Origin: Ylistrum balloti
Lineage: Eukaryota
Assembly: GCF_031769215.1 (NCBI RefSeq)
Contig: NW_026782215.1
Location: forward strand, 992,001 to 1,055,845
Direction of reading: 5' to 3'
Length of the DNA stretch: 63,845 bases
The position numbers were made by a program, and so were the translations under genes. The notes under the pieces were generated by a model. The model ran no database searches. It was not told where the DNA came from and saw nothing but the letters and a program-made list of their open reading frames with translations. Shown here piece by piece: positions 36,722 to 49,119 of this stretch (the stretch's first letter is position 1; each line of letters begins with the position of its first letter).

Positions 36722-36999
36722 CCGGAAGTAAAATGTTGATCTCCCCGTCTAACATATTCACCAATCAAAAGCTCCCACAGATCATGTGTCACTTCCCAGC
36801 CAATGCAGTGCTCCGTCTTGACCGCCTTTAGAAGAGACAGGTATCATGGCGGAAAGATAGCGAGCAGCAGACAGCAATATAAGGCCGACATTGAATAATT
36901 GTAGTTTGCTTTCTAACTTATGCGCAGTGAAATAAGATTGTAGCAGAATCAAAGAAGAGGCACAATACAGTTAACTGTCTGGGTATTCAACAGACTCAG
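36722..36999 (+). promoter_or_regulatory. Probable promoter and non-coding first exon of the C2orf42 homologue
   Basis: CCGGAAGT at 36722-36729, CCAAT boxes near 36760 and 36800, and candidate donors CAG|GTATCA (36840/36841) and CAG|GTATTC (36999/37000). Acceptor CAG at 38067-38069 lies 1 nt before the ATG. Confidence 0.5.
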
Positions 37000-38070
37000 G
37001 TATTCCCAATAATTTATTTCTGACTGAAATCTGCGTAGTCAACAGTGTTTTAAGACATAACAACACGGACGGTTCTTTGGGCGTTTACCCGTTTTCTGGT
37101 TTCGGGATTTACAGTTTAGTTGCTTTTTTAGCAAAATTGTTTCATGGTCTTCTCAATTACGTTGAACCAAAACGTATCCTATTTAATTTGATTTTAGAGT
37201 TGGCAGTGAAATCAGACGTAATGTCGGGCATGCATTCATTATAAATTCGAAAGTGACACAATATACAGAGGTGTGAAAATACTTTTGAGATTTCGGAAGT
37301 CTATCAGTAATGCATAAAGGTAAATTGTTAGAATCCCTGTACAATGTGATCATGCACGCTGTTATGTCCACATTTCAGTTTGTGCAAAATCCCGCATACT
37401 GGTAGGCCTGATTAGAGAAATCAATTGGTTACTCAAAGAATTTTTTGTTGGGTGTTTTTATTTAAAATCTGTATTAGAAATGATCAGATCCATTAATTTT
37501 GCAGAGTTGATGCTTTGTTGATGGCATATGCCATAATTTGGCATATATGTAGCAAGTTATATTACCTTGTACTGAATAATTTGTATAGCATGTATGTGTC
37601 ATTGTTCCCCATTATCCCAGAATGAGAGTACTACCCCTGCCCCCACCCTGAAATTGGCGAAATTCAAGATTTGTACCCATGTTTTTTTTAATTATGACAT
37701 TGTTAGGGATGAACTGTATGCCTAGTTTAAAATTACAAGGTTGGACTCTGATATGTCTATCAATTTCAGTTTCAGAGAGATGTGTTTATTTTGAATAATC
37801 TGATATGGAATAAAAGCAAGCTATTCGAACAATATTGGAACTGTACACAAGATTTAAAGTTGACTTAATCTAGAATCTAGATTGCATAGATGTCAGAAAA
37901 TAGAGCACAAAATTCTTTCATTCATCATGTTTATAAGTGAAACATCAGATAATAGATAAGCTATAGAAGCATACATGCAATTTAACCACCCACTTGACCT
38001 AACCTGTGTGTCATACAACTATATTTATTTCATAATTGTAAAATTTTGATATTTGATATTCTAATGCAGG

Positions 38071-41000
38071 ATGACAACCCCAGACAAGTTAAAAACTTTA
38101 TTTGAAGATCTAGGCAAGCCCACTTTGCGGGGAGTGAGAAAATGTCCGAAATGTGGGACATACAATGGCACTAGAGGCATCAGCTGTAAGAACAAGACTT
38201 GTGATGTTGTATTTAAAGAAAAGGAGAAAAAAAGAGGCCACAGTGCAGATGCTGTAAAGATTATCACTGGATCTACTGTTCAAGTTTTTTCAGTAAGGCT
38301 GCGGGATCGTGGTCCAGACTACAGAGGCTTTGTACAATTGCCATTGGTACAAGACCTTGATGGCAATCCAGCACAAGTGGTTGATCCAGCAATTTTGTCT
38401 CAGAATGCTAGATGCTTTGTTGAAAGTTGCTCACACAGTACTCCATTGGGTTCTCAAGAAGATGCATGCCCTCATATAAAAGCTGCAATCGACTGCAACC
38501 AGGAAGCTCACCCACTGACACTAAAAAATTCTGTACTTAATTCTCTTCAAGTGTCAAATGATACCAAACAAGCCATTTGGCTTCTGGCTACAGAGACAAC
38601 TGGTCCTCTTGTTCAGAGAGTGACAAAGAACATTATGGTTGTGAAGTGTAAAGCTACTACAAAACAGCCACTTGGATTCTTACACTTTTCATTATTTGAA
38701 ACTTCAAGAAATCGTTCACAGCCAGAGCACAAATTCCAATGTAGCTGTAAAGCCTTTAGAGTAAGTAGTGGCTGAAACTGATTTGGAATTTTGCAGTTTC
38801 TGACTTAATGGTTACAGTAACATTTTCTTTTGGTATTATACTAAGACTTGTTCTGTTTGAGGGGTTCAATTCTCGGTTACTTTTAAGGAGGAATAAAACA
38901 AGGAAAAATGAAATATCTGAAAAAAAAATTAACAGAAGAAATTAGAGGCCATTTCATGAGTTGTGATAATAAATCAGGTATAATTCATATTCATTTATTC
39001 TTTAAATCAAATTAGGTTGGTGCAGTTAATCGATTACATCATTGGCTGACAGTGTATTCATAGAACATGAATGCATATTCTGTGGCAGTAATATATTTTT
39101 TGTATCTTTAACTTAAAATATCTCCTGATCATTTACCTAGAATTAATTTTATTGACAATCAGCATCTTTATCGTGAAGAATATGAATTTTGTTTCTGCTA
39201 AAGCACAAAATATCATAGCACTGATGGTTGATGATGAAAAAATTACGATCAAATATGGTATCAGATGAGGTTAAATGGTTAGATAATCAATTATTTATCA
39301 ATTATAACCTGTTATTGTCCCATCATTATTTATTACTAATGGGAAAAAAATGAACAAAAAAATCTTTTTTTTTTTCAACTATCAGGTAAAGCACCAAGAA
39401 TTTTAGTCATCCTAAAAGACCATCAAGGCAATTTCAGTTATAAAATAAATAACTCCCATCTCTCATTTAGTTTAAATTTCTTACTCTTTTCTCCCTACTT
39501 CTTAGGCAAATAATAAGCAATTTAGAGACCATGATATTGGTGTATTGATATTTTAACAATTTTGTTACAATTGAACGTTTGTGAGTGATATTACATGAGC
39601 ATAAAATGTGCACATGTACACTGAAGATCTAATGTATTTATGACTAGATATTATCATTATTACAAAATTTTTAAATGACAATGCAAAATGATGTTATAAC
39701 AATGAGAACTTTCAATAAATGAAAATCAATTTAACAATAAATCTTTAATTCAAATGAAATGAATTCATTGAATATATGTGATGTCCATTGTGTTAAACTT
39801 AGAATGCCAAAGCAGGAGGAAAAGACGACATGATGCGACGATGTGTCCATTTGTATGCTTGTGTTTGCGCATTTGCTAGTGATGAGAAGCTTGCTGAAGA
39901 ATTTGAATATTACATCAACATGGATTCTACTGGAGTTGATGCCTGTAAGTAGTGCTGTTTATGATACTTGTACTAAGAACTTCCAAACTGTCATGTACAC
40001 AAGCTATCACATGTCTTCTGGTAATTTGGCATTGGATGTTCAATGGACAAGAGTTGAATGTAAACCAAAGTGAGTTTTTCATCTAGGTCTTCTCAATTCT
40101 TAACTGCTGTTGAAGTACTTATACAAAGCAAGATATTTTTAGAATTTTGTCTTTTCATGATTTCAAATAAAAGTAGTTGACAGTCCTTCCGTATGAACTG
40201 TTATACTGTTAGTACATTAAGGGAATTCTTCACAGTGGCAGAGTCAGCCCCATCCCCAGAGCGTCAGATTGTGACAATTTATCAGGCCCAGGACACTGGA
40301 CTGGACACTGGAGACCCGACTACACTAGAGGTAGTAGTAGCAGAAGAGGATCTTCTGCCACCAGTGATGAAAAAACAGAAAAAAGATGATACATTAGGTA
40401 AAGTGATCTCAATTGACAAGGGTTGTTTCATGTAGACTATTGCATGTGCAGATACTTTCATATAGTTTAGCAATATTGTCATGATCCTGAATACCCAATA
40501 TAAAATTAGAGTTATACATTTGACCCTCGACAATCCAGATACCTCTGTTCCACACTAAATTTTTTTCTAGATTGCTGACTTTGGCATATGACTGGTCATA
40601 TGTAGTTATTTCCCTTTGTGAATAACAAGAGGCATTTGATAGATGATCAGATTATTAATGTCAGTAGTTCTTTATACTGTTTAGTAATGATGAATCTACT
40701 TTTAGAAATGACCTCATATTCAATCTCTATGTGAATTTGATCGAAGTCTTTTTAAAGAAAAAGAAAGTGATTGAAACATCTAATGACCTTTGTCAGCAGA
40801 GCATTTACTATGTTGGAAATCAAAAGCTTTTTGAATGATAAATGAGCCTCAAATTTATGTGCTGCAAAATATGTTGTTTTCTGGTTACTCCAACTTGTGT
40901 TCAAGTCTTATCCTTCCAATGAGTGACATGTTTCCTTTGTTTATATTACAGTACATGTTCAGTTTTTAGAAATTGAGTAGAGCATCCTCAATATAGGAAA

Positions 41001-44000
41001 ATAGGCATTTGTGATAACACTGCTTGTTAAATACAAATTTTAATATATCTTTATGCCACATTTCTGTGCAAGTGTGAGAATGGGTTGATATTATATTTTG
41101 TTTTCAAACTTACACACAATTCAACTGCAACCGGATAATTGTGTTTTATGTGTTTGTTAATGAAGAGTCATAATTATCATTGATTTTATCATTGAACCAC
41201 TTGCTTTTAATTTTACTCCAAATTCAAGTGATAGATGTTTCACACAGCTACGGAAGCTGGTTCAGCTCTCCAATCAAGTAACAGTGTGTGCAGTATGTGT
41301 TAGTCAGGGTTACGGTATATTATGGAGCTCAGTGCTTTTTTATCATTTGAAATCAGAATCAGTTAGATACTGCTACTTAGGAAGTAGGGTTTGAAATACA
41401 TGATTTCATTCAGAGAAACATTTTCTAAGAAGTTGAACTGTTATAAAATGTTTGCTTATTTTGATGTAAAAACTGGATTCATTTGCACTAAAATTATTTC
41501 TTAATGTGCTGATAAATGGTTGTTTCAGTCCAGGCAAGTAATGCTTTGTTAACGTTACAAGAGGGAAACACACCCGCACCACCTAGTCCAAAGAAAGCTA
41601 GTCCTAATAAAACAGCCCAACTACAGAACAAACCAGCAACTCCTAATGCCAAAAAGCCAGGTACAGGTGAGCACTTTGATATGTCATATACAATTGTACT
41701 AAAATTAATCTTGATATTTTCTTATCTGTGTTAAGTTAAGGAAAACTTCAATACTTTAGTTGATGTAGGTTACTGGAATGATAAAACACATTTTACCAGG
41801 ATGCCTATTGACTTTGTGCAATACAATCTGATCAACCTATGGTGGTGGGTATATAGCTGATAGTATATGTATTGAATTTAAACACCACTTATTTATAATA
41901 CATGTATTAAAATATCAAGGATATTACATATTTGCTCATTACATTAATTTTGTGATATAGGATTGATTAACACTATCTCAACCATTGTACATGTGCCTTG
42001 TGCTGTATTGTTAGGTTCAACAAATAGGTTTATGGTTTAAGGCTGAATTATGATATCCCAGAAAAAAAGCTCACCTGAAAGGATAAACTGATACCTTTTT
42101 TGTTAAATAAACGTCAAATACCACTACTATTATTGAAAATTGATATGACCATTGTTCTACCATTTGGCATAATGTTAAACTGACTTATCCTCATTGTGCT
42201 TATATTTTACAAAGTTTACAGTATATAAATGTGTATGGGTGTTTAGATTGATTTGGATTAGAACAAGTTTTACTATTAAGTGTGTTACTTTTTAATTTCC
42301 ACCTAAAGTGGATTAACTTATAAAGAGTTTTGATGTCTTTCATGCGAATTTGCTTATTTTGAATGCGATACAAGGCACCAAAGTTTCTTTTCTTTTTTTT
42401 TGCAGCAACACTGTCTGCTATTGAAGAGTCTGAGGTAATGGTGTCATTTTACCAGTGGCTTGGAAGTGTCACTGAGCGAGTCAACCAGACTATGCATTAT
42501 CAGTTTGATGGTATGTCAGTATGCTATTTCTTCAGATTTTGTTTGATTTCTCAATTTCCTTTGTCATTACTCTTAGTAATTGTAAAGTATAGCCACAGTG
42601 ATAAAAATGTTCATTTCATAACAGAGAGACACAATTTATATCAAAACTATGAAAGGTGTTATATCGCAATATATATACAATATCTGTGCATCTTGATATA
42701 TTACAGTACTGTATGGTTAAATCCCTTATGTAAAGAAATAACCTAAGGATTAGGTCTAGTTCAGATATCACACATAAGAACACTTATCTGATTAAAATTT
42801 TGCTGTCAGTTCTTGATCTGTTGATGTATGTAATTTTTCTTATATTACAGGTAATCCAGATCCACTGGTGTTCCATGCTCCACAGGTTTTCTTTGATTGT
42901 CTACAACAAAGAATTTCTGTTGGTAATAGAAAGAAACGACTTCCGAACTTTACAACAGGATTTGTACGCAAGGATGCACTTCCGCTAGGAACTTTCACCA
43001 AGTACACATGGCACATCACTAACATTGTCCATGTCAAGCAGATCTTTGACACACAAGCGGTAATTATCTTCATTATTATGCTTTTGCAAAAATTGTTTTC
43101 AAGTTTAATTATGTTGATTATTTCTTAAGTTTGTCTAGATTAACTTCATTAGATTAACAAAATTACATTAGATTTATGAAAGTATATAAACACTTCACTG
43201 TTTTCCTAAGGCTGACTTAGCATGATGGTACTGTAACGCTTGGATTTTGCTTTGTTACGTTTGGCCTAATTACTGTTAAGCATACATGAGGTCAGAAAAA
43301 AATGTATGTATTCAACAGAGAATTTCAGCGTGGAATTATTGTCAGTCAACATTCTGGCTAGGCCAGCCATTCCAAAGGAGACGCTATGAATTGTGACACT
43401 ACCATAATGCGGGCCTTATCACATAGTGGTGGATACCCTATTGTGACTATAGGCTCACGTATGTGACATAGCAAATTCTTGTTTGTACTGCAGAAGATCT
43501 CAAATTTTGGGGTTTTTATGGGTCCTAAATATTGAAGTATAGAAAGTTGTCTCTTTCATTACTTTGAAATCATTCATAGTAGAGCAGTGAAATTTTACAT
43601 AATATGAATTACTGTAAAGTGACAAGTTGCATATTTAATTTGTATTTTCCTTTAAAGGCAAAGGTGAAAAACTTTAGTTTCTCATGATAGCCAATATGAT
43701 TAACTAGAGAAGGTTGTGTCTGCTCTGTAACTTTGCAATCAGTCAAGTCCTGCCATAACAGTGGGGCCTTTAGAGATGGCTTCTTTCTCCATACCATTTA
43801 GTTATACACGCACAGGAGGTGTGGAGCCTTTGGTAAGGCCTAATACATCCTGGTGTCGTGCATGGGTGCTTAAGGGAAGTTGATAATCAGATCATACTGT
43901 TAATTTCATTATCACGGCCAATAAATGATTAGCTTGTGGTTACAATTGAGGCACATTACTTCAAAACCAAAAACTGTTTATGACTGCCAGTTTCATAGAA

Positions 44001-45451
44001 ACATGGAGATGGAGTCTATTTAACAGAAACATGGTGACTGTAAGCAGTTGTACTCATCATGACTTCCATATTCGGGGGGAAAAGTAATTAATAAAGTCGG
44101 AAACAATCATGAAAATCAGGATTTCACCATGACTGCCAGTTTCATAGAAACATGGAGATGGAATCTATTTAACAGAAACATGGTGACTGTAAGCAGTTGT
44201 ACTCATCATGACTTCCATATTCGGGGGGAAAAGTAATTAATAAAGTCGGAAACAATCATGAAAATCAGGATTTCACCAATGGTCTTTTATACAATTAAAA
44301 ACTCAAAAATGCAGTGATCACAATTTCATGTTTTTGAAAAGAAAAATGAAAATACTTTCTTTCAATTTATTAAGATCTTTGAGGAATCATTGCAGTTACT
44401 CGGGTTTGTGAATAACCAACTTAATTTGCATTTTTACGATAGAGCAGTTGATATGACTTATATTTAATAACAGGAATAAGTTTGCATTTTTACGATAGAG
44501 CAGTTGATATGACTTATATTTAATAACAGGAATAAGTGAAAACATACCTACACATTTGCATTACGTGTGCGGTGTAATGTGATCATGGAAAAATATCAGT
44601 AATTGGAGATACCTCAAAAAAAGGTGTAATTTGCCACTGTTTTTTCTCGTCAGTGACCAGGTTATTTACTGACATTGATTTGGTACAAACTACATTGTCA
44701 TAGACATCATATGAATTATTGTGTCCTAGACCTGCAGCTGAACTTTCTTCTTAATATTGTCATTTACTCTTTATACTAATATTTTTCCCCAGATGCCCCT
44801 GGACATTACTAGAAACTTTGTAGAGAATCGAGATGGGACCTATGATTTATATGAAGTTCCCAAAGTAGAAGTTGAAAACATTGATGAGGCTTTTAAAGGG
44901 AAGAGTCCTATGCCTATCAGGCCATTTGAGCTCAAGACCTACCTCAAAGTTGGTAAGTAAACTTGAGTGATAAATTCCATAAATCTTTTGCTATCATTGT
45001 TGGGGCTAGATTGAAATATTAAGGAACTCCAGAAATCCACTTTTATATTTACTTAAAATCATGTCATTGATCAAATATAACTTGAGAATTGTAAATTCAA
45101 GCAAAAAATTATTTTTTGAAGGAAATGAATGAAATATTAGTATTTAAACTCCCTGAATTTTCAAATCATGTAAAAGTTGTGGTATTGTTATTGCTGTTGA
45201 AATGTGTTTACAACAAGGATAATTGTTTTCATACCACTGTTTTATTGCATACAGGAAATTCTACATCAGACCAAAAGGAACCAACTCCATTTATAATAGA
45301 ATGGATACCAGACATCCTTCCAAAGACCAGAATAGGAGAATTGAGGATCAAGTTTGAATATGGACATCAAAGAAATGGACAGATTGAACATAGATTAGTT
45401 GCCACTCCTTCAGAAATTCCTGTTCAGACCATTCATGTACAGGAGTTATGA
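38071..45451 (+). CDS. C2orf42: Uncharacterised conserved C2orf42 homologue with N-terminal treble-clef-type zinc finger, ~600 aa, 8 coding exons
   Basis: Exons 38071-38760, 39803-39944, 40236-40397, 41529-41666 (or 41660), 42406-42510, 42851-43059, 44793-44952, 45255-45451. Motifs [94 protein letters not shown] and [23 protein letters not shown]. Confidence 0.95.
43340..43471 (+). ncRNA. Tentative H/ACA-like guide RNA in C2orf42 intron 6 (could instead be a MITE fragment)
   Basis: 3' hairpin CACATA...CTAT-tgtgact-ATAG...TATGTG followed by ACA (43466-43468) and 3 nt. Possible H box ACACTA at 43396-43401. The 5' hairpin is unconvincing. Confidence 0.3.
43980..44277. repeat. Recent direct tandem duplication, 2 x 149 bp
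   Basis: 43980-44128 and 44129-44277. I found one difference (ggaGtctatt vs ggaAtctatt). Confidence 0.95.
44425..44536. repeat. Direct tandem duplication, 2 x 56 bp
   Basis: tttgcatttttacgatagagcagttgatatgacttatatttaataacaggaataag at 44425-44480 and 44481-44536, identical. Confidence 0.95.
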
Positions 45452-48288
45452 TGATAATTGTATGAATGAGACCTGTATGTTAATTCAGGTTTGCCAGAGG
45501 GTTGTGTGCTAGTTTCGTCAAGTTAGAGTGTGTATGCATGTGTTAACTATCTAGTGACAAGTCATTCAGTAAGATTTGTGAAGATACAAGTGTGACATAG
45601 AGAGAAATGATACAGGCAATTACTCCTGGTTTTGATGAATGTCATTTAGGTGTTTGTATATATCTTAAAGATTGAAAAATAATGTGAAACAACATTTAAA
45701 TTTAGTCTCAATGTTGTAAACATGTTACTGACTAGTAGTACCATCAAAATTGCTAAATTGTCAGATGGGAAAACCACTTATCTGTTTTTCTGAAATATCT
45801 GTATTAGGCGTTTGCAAGTTGTATCCTGAGATAACATAGGTTGATAATTAAATATGAAAATGTTTAGTAATTGCTCTGATATTTGTTCGGGAGACAGACT
45901 TGGAAATGCATTTAAAAGAAACTTGATTGACATGCTGTCAAGGTGGCTATACTTGGCACTAAGAAGCTTTCACCAAATCAAAGGCTTCATTTACACTATT
46001 ATTTTCAAAGTTGTCTACATGTTTTATTGTACTGACGAAAAGTTTATACTGGTCTGTTCTTGGATTAAGAAAAGATCAATTTTAGTATGGAAATTTGAAA
46101 TGTCAGATTCTAAAATTTTCCAAAAGCTAAGGAATACATTGATATTAGACTAATGAAAGAAAATGTTTGCTTCCCTCGCCATAAAATTTAATGAACACAG
46201 ACACAAGCTACTACTTGAATTGTACTTCTCAGGGTACAGTAGATATAGACCTGCGCTGTTAATTATCATGAAAGACAGCAAAGTTTTCCTATATGAGTAA
46301 ATGGGTTTGTGTTCACTTGCACACCTTTCAAACAATTAGTATTCCCCAGGTTTTACCAACAGATCTCGCCACAAATACACTGTAATAAATATAAAACTCT
46401 CCACTTAAATACTTAACATTATTTAAGAGAATATTCATTTATTGTAATTGTACTTTGCCTGTGTTTTCTTTTGACAACAAAATTTCTGCAATACCTGAAT
46501 ATGAGTCATTCACTTCATTTTTAAACAAAAGGGAACTAATTGTTTTTCTTGTTCAATGATACGTTAAAAGATTCACCAACATCTTCATCTAATGACGTAT
46601 GTTGAAATTTAATTGGATTTATTAAAAATAATCTGGAGTTAAATTTAATACTGTTGTCTATGTTGTGAAGTTTTTGCTTTCTGTATATGTAAGTAAGTAC
46701 AGCATTATGTATTGTTGTCCCGAGTCTTAGTAAAATAACAAACTCTTGTAAATATTCCTTGCTTTGCATACTGTTGATAGTGAAAGCTAGATATAAATGT
46801 AAATGGTGGTATGGAAGTAATCTCCAGTGTTGAAAATCTCAGACAATATCCTACTGGCTTTACACTATATGATTCAGTAGCTTTCATCTACTCTTATTCT
46901 TGATGTTTACTGTGATGACTAATACTGGCATAGACATCAACACAAGCCAGTTGAATCCAATACTGTATTGCTGACCAGCTCTACCAGGTTAAATAATTTA
47001 TGGTGACAGTGACCAACCCATTTCCTAGCTGAAGAAAGTGTTGGTTGGTTTTTTTTTTAATTAAAGAATTAAATTTGAAAGTGAACAGTTGAATGAAATA
47101 TTGTCAAGTCTAATTCGAATCCATGCTTCAGCTAGTTTTCTTTCAAAAACAAAAATCAGGGCAGGTTTTGTCCATCTTGGGTTATAGTTCCCAAATTGGA
47201 TCAGTACTCAAATTGAAGCATTTTTCTCAAAGGAAATTCTATTTCTGTATTTACATCACAACTTAAGCTTTCCAATTACATGACTTAAGAACACTTTTGG
47301 TCCATAGTTGATCATTTTATGACGTCAATGTTGTTGAAACTGGCAAATGTTATTTGTTTTCACTGTTAAGAAATGACATGCTAGGACTGCTTTTGTTCTA
47401 GGAAAATTGGAACAAATCTGTGCAAACAAAATATTAAAACTTGACACAGATTCTAAAGATAACCATCAAATACTTATATTCATAATAAAATTGTTAATTT
47501 TGAAATCAAAATACTCAATTTTTTGAGCTAGGATTTGGGATACTGATGTTTCGCAAAAATGAAAAAAAAACAAATTGATAACGTCACAGCATTCTTTGAT
47601 ATTCTACATTTTGTGGTACAGCCTAAAATGTATCTCATTCATCTTCTGAATTTTCAATAAACGAATGAAATGATGGCTTGGTTATCCAATTTAGATACCA
47701 CCACCTTAGCAAAAATTTAAGGAAGTGAAGAGTGTTTGGTTCTTTGGCATTTACTGCTGACCTCCATGCTGTTACGAGAATTAGATATGCATGATCCGTA
47801 ATATTTTAATGTAAAGCAAGGAATATAGCACCAACATGTTGATGTGTCACTTCATTTATCCTCAAAATGTTTGATGCATGTAAACTAAAGAGTTTTATAT
47901 GTAAATACAGGAATAGTAACTTATTGTACTAAATGACATGATTGTCAATACTCTCCAATCAAGACAACCTATAGAGAATTCAGGCACAGGTGATTGTGCC
48001 ATGTTAAAGTTTGGATTTACTTTGAGCTGTTATTAAAATTTGTTAATTGTGATCTTGTCTGTTGTTGTTCTTCAACCCTCAAATTGTGTAGAAGTAATGG
48101 TTTTTGTCCAGACCACAACTGTTTTACTTTTGAAGATGAAACTTGAAAAATGTCAATAAAATCTGAATTCAAAGTCAAATTTGATGAAATAAGGGCAACA
48201 CCTGGAAGAAGAAATAAGGAGGAAAAAAGATTACAACAAGATGCCTTAAGAAGCACATGGAGGATAAAACCAGGTGGTCTGAAAGAGC

Positions 48289-48337
48289 AAGCATCTTCTG
48301 CTTCATCAACGACACCTGCCTTGTACATCTAGGTCAA
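48289..48337 (-). repeat. Dispersed repeat fragment, partner of 5841-5889
   Basis: 42/49 identity to 5841-5889 in reverse orientation. Confidence 0.8.
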
Positions 48338-49077
48338 TACAAGTATGTTTTACATTACCAAATGAAAACAAGTAGAGATGTATATATGTATGTCTCTGAA
48401 ACAGATTAACAATGGAACAGTTTGGTATACTAACAAGCAACATAAATATCCAACATCATATCGCACAAGGAAATAGAATAGTTGGCAATGAGATTATTAA
48501 GATGACTCTTTAATGAGTCATGACCAGTTCTGAAAGGAAAGTGTTCATAAAACATAAAATAACGTTAATCAAGCTTTAAGGTCTAAAAAAATTATCAGGT
48601 TAAACAATTATGATAAAAGTTGTCAACAGAACAGACATAAAATGCAGAGGCTTAAACTTCATATAACAGTGGTGATCTTAAAGGATATTACTTTATATTG
48701 AGAATTATGCTACAAAATTTTACATCTGATATTTTTTCACTTGGCCTCATGTGATAATATGAATTCTTCATTATGGAAATGCTTCATAAATGTAAGTGAA
48801 ATTATATATATTGTAATGTTTTCCTTATCTATAAACTCAAGTCATTTATATTGCTGAGAATTTGTGTTTTGCTTTTTTCAAAAAGGCATAACTCGCTGAT
48901 CATATTTGATTTACCACGACTAACAATTTATAAAATTGTTTATCAAATAATCTACTAATAATAAGGGTGTTTCAGCTACTCATCAGAAAATCGATACATG
49001 GCGGTAACTGTTAACGCTCTCTGTCGACATCTTGGTAACCTTTGTGGCATTTCGTACATTGCTGACTATATTCGATC

Positions 49078-49087
49078 ACTTCCGGTT
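49078..49087. promoter_or_regulatory. ETS-type motif upstream of STX18
   Basis: ACTTCCGGTT 32 nt before the ATG, an identical 10-mer to the one in the VCPKMT/RDM1 promoter. Confidence 0.55.
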
Positions 49088-49119
49088 GAGAAAAAAACAC
49101 GTCGAAAGTACCAGCGAGA

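Noticed and set aside
46913-46979. GTGATGA...CTGA spaced like a C/D snoRNA
   Set aside because: It is intergenic on this strand, has no convincing terminal stem, and I recognise no rRNA antisense element.
48940-48995. CTGATGAGTAGCTGAAAC on the minus strand, hammerhead-like core
   Set aside because: Stem II cannot form properly and the proximal stem I does not pair, unlike the copies at 1234 and 10122.
47707-49050. Possible divergent minus-strand gene upstream of STX18 (MSTESVNSYRH; SSKVKQLWSGQKPLLLHNL)
   Set aside because: The donors are weak, the phases do not join, there is no recognisable homology, and part of ORF 48017..48328 is a dispersed repeat. It needs RNA-seq to revive.
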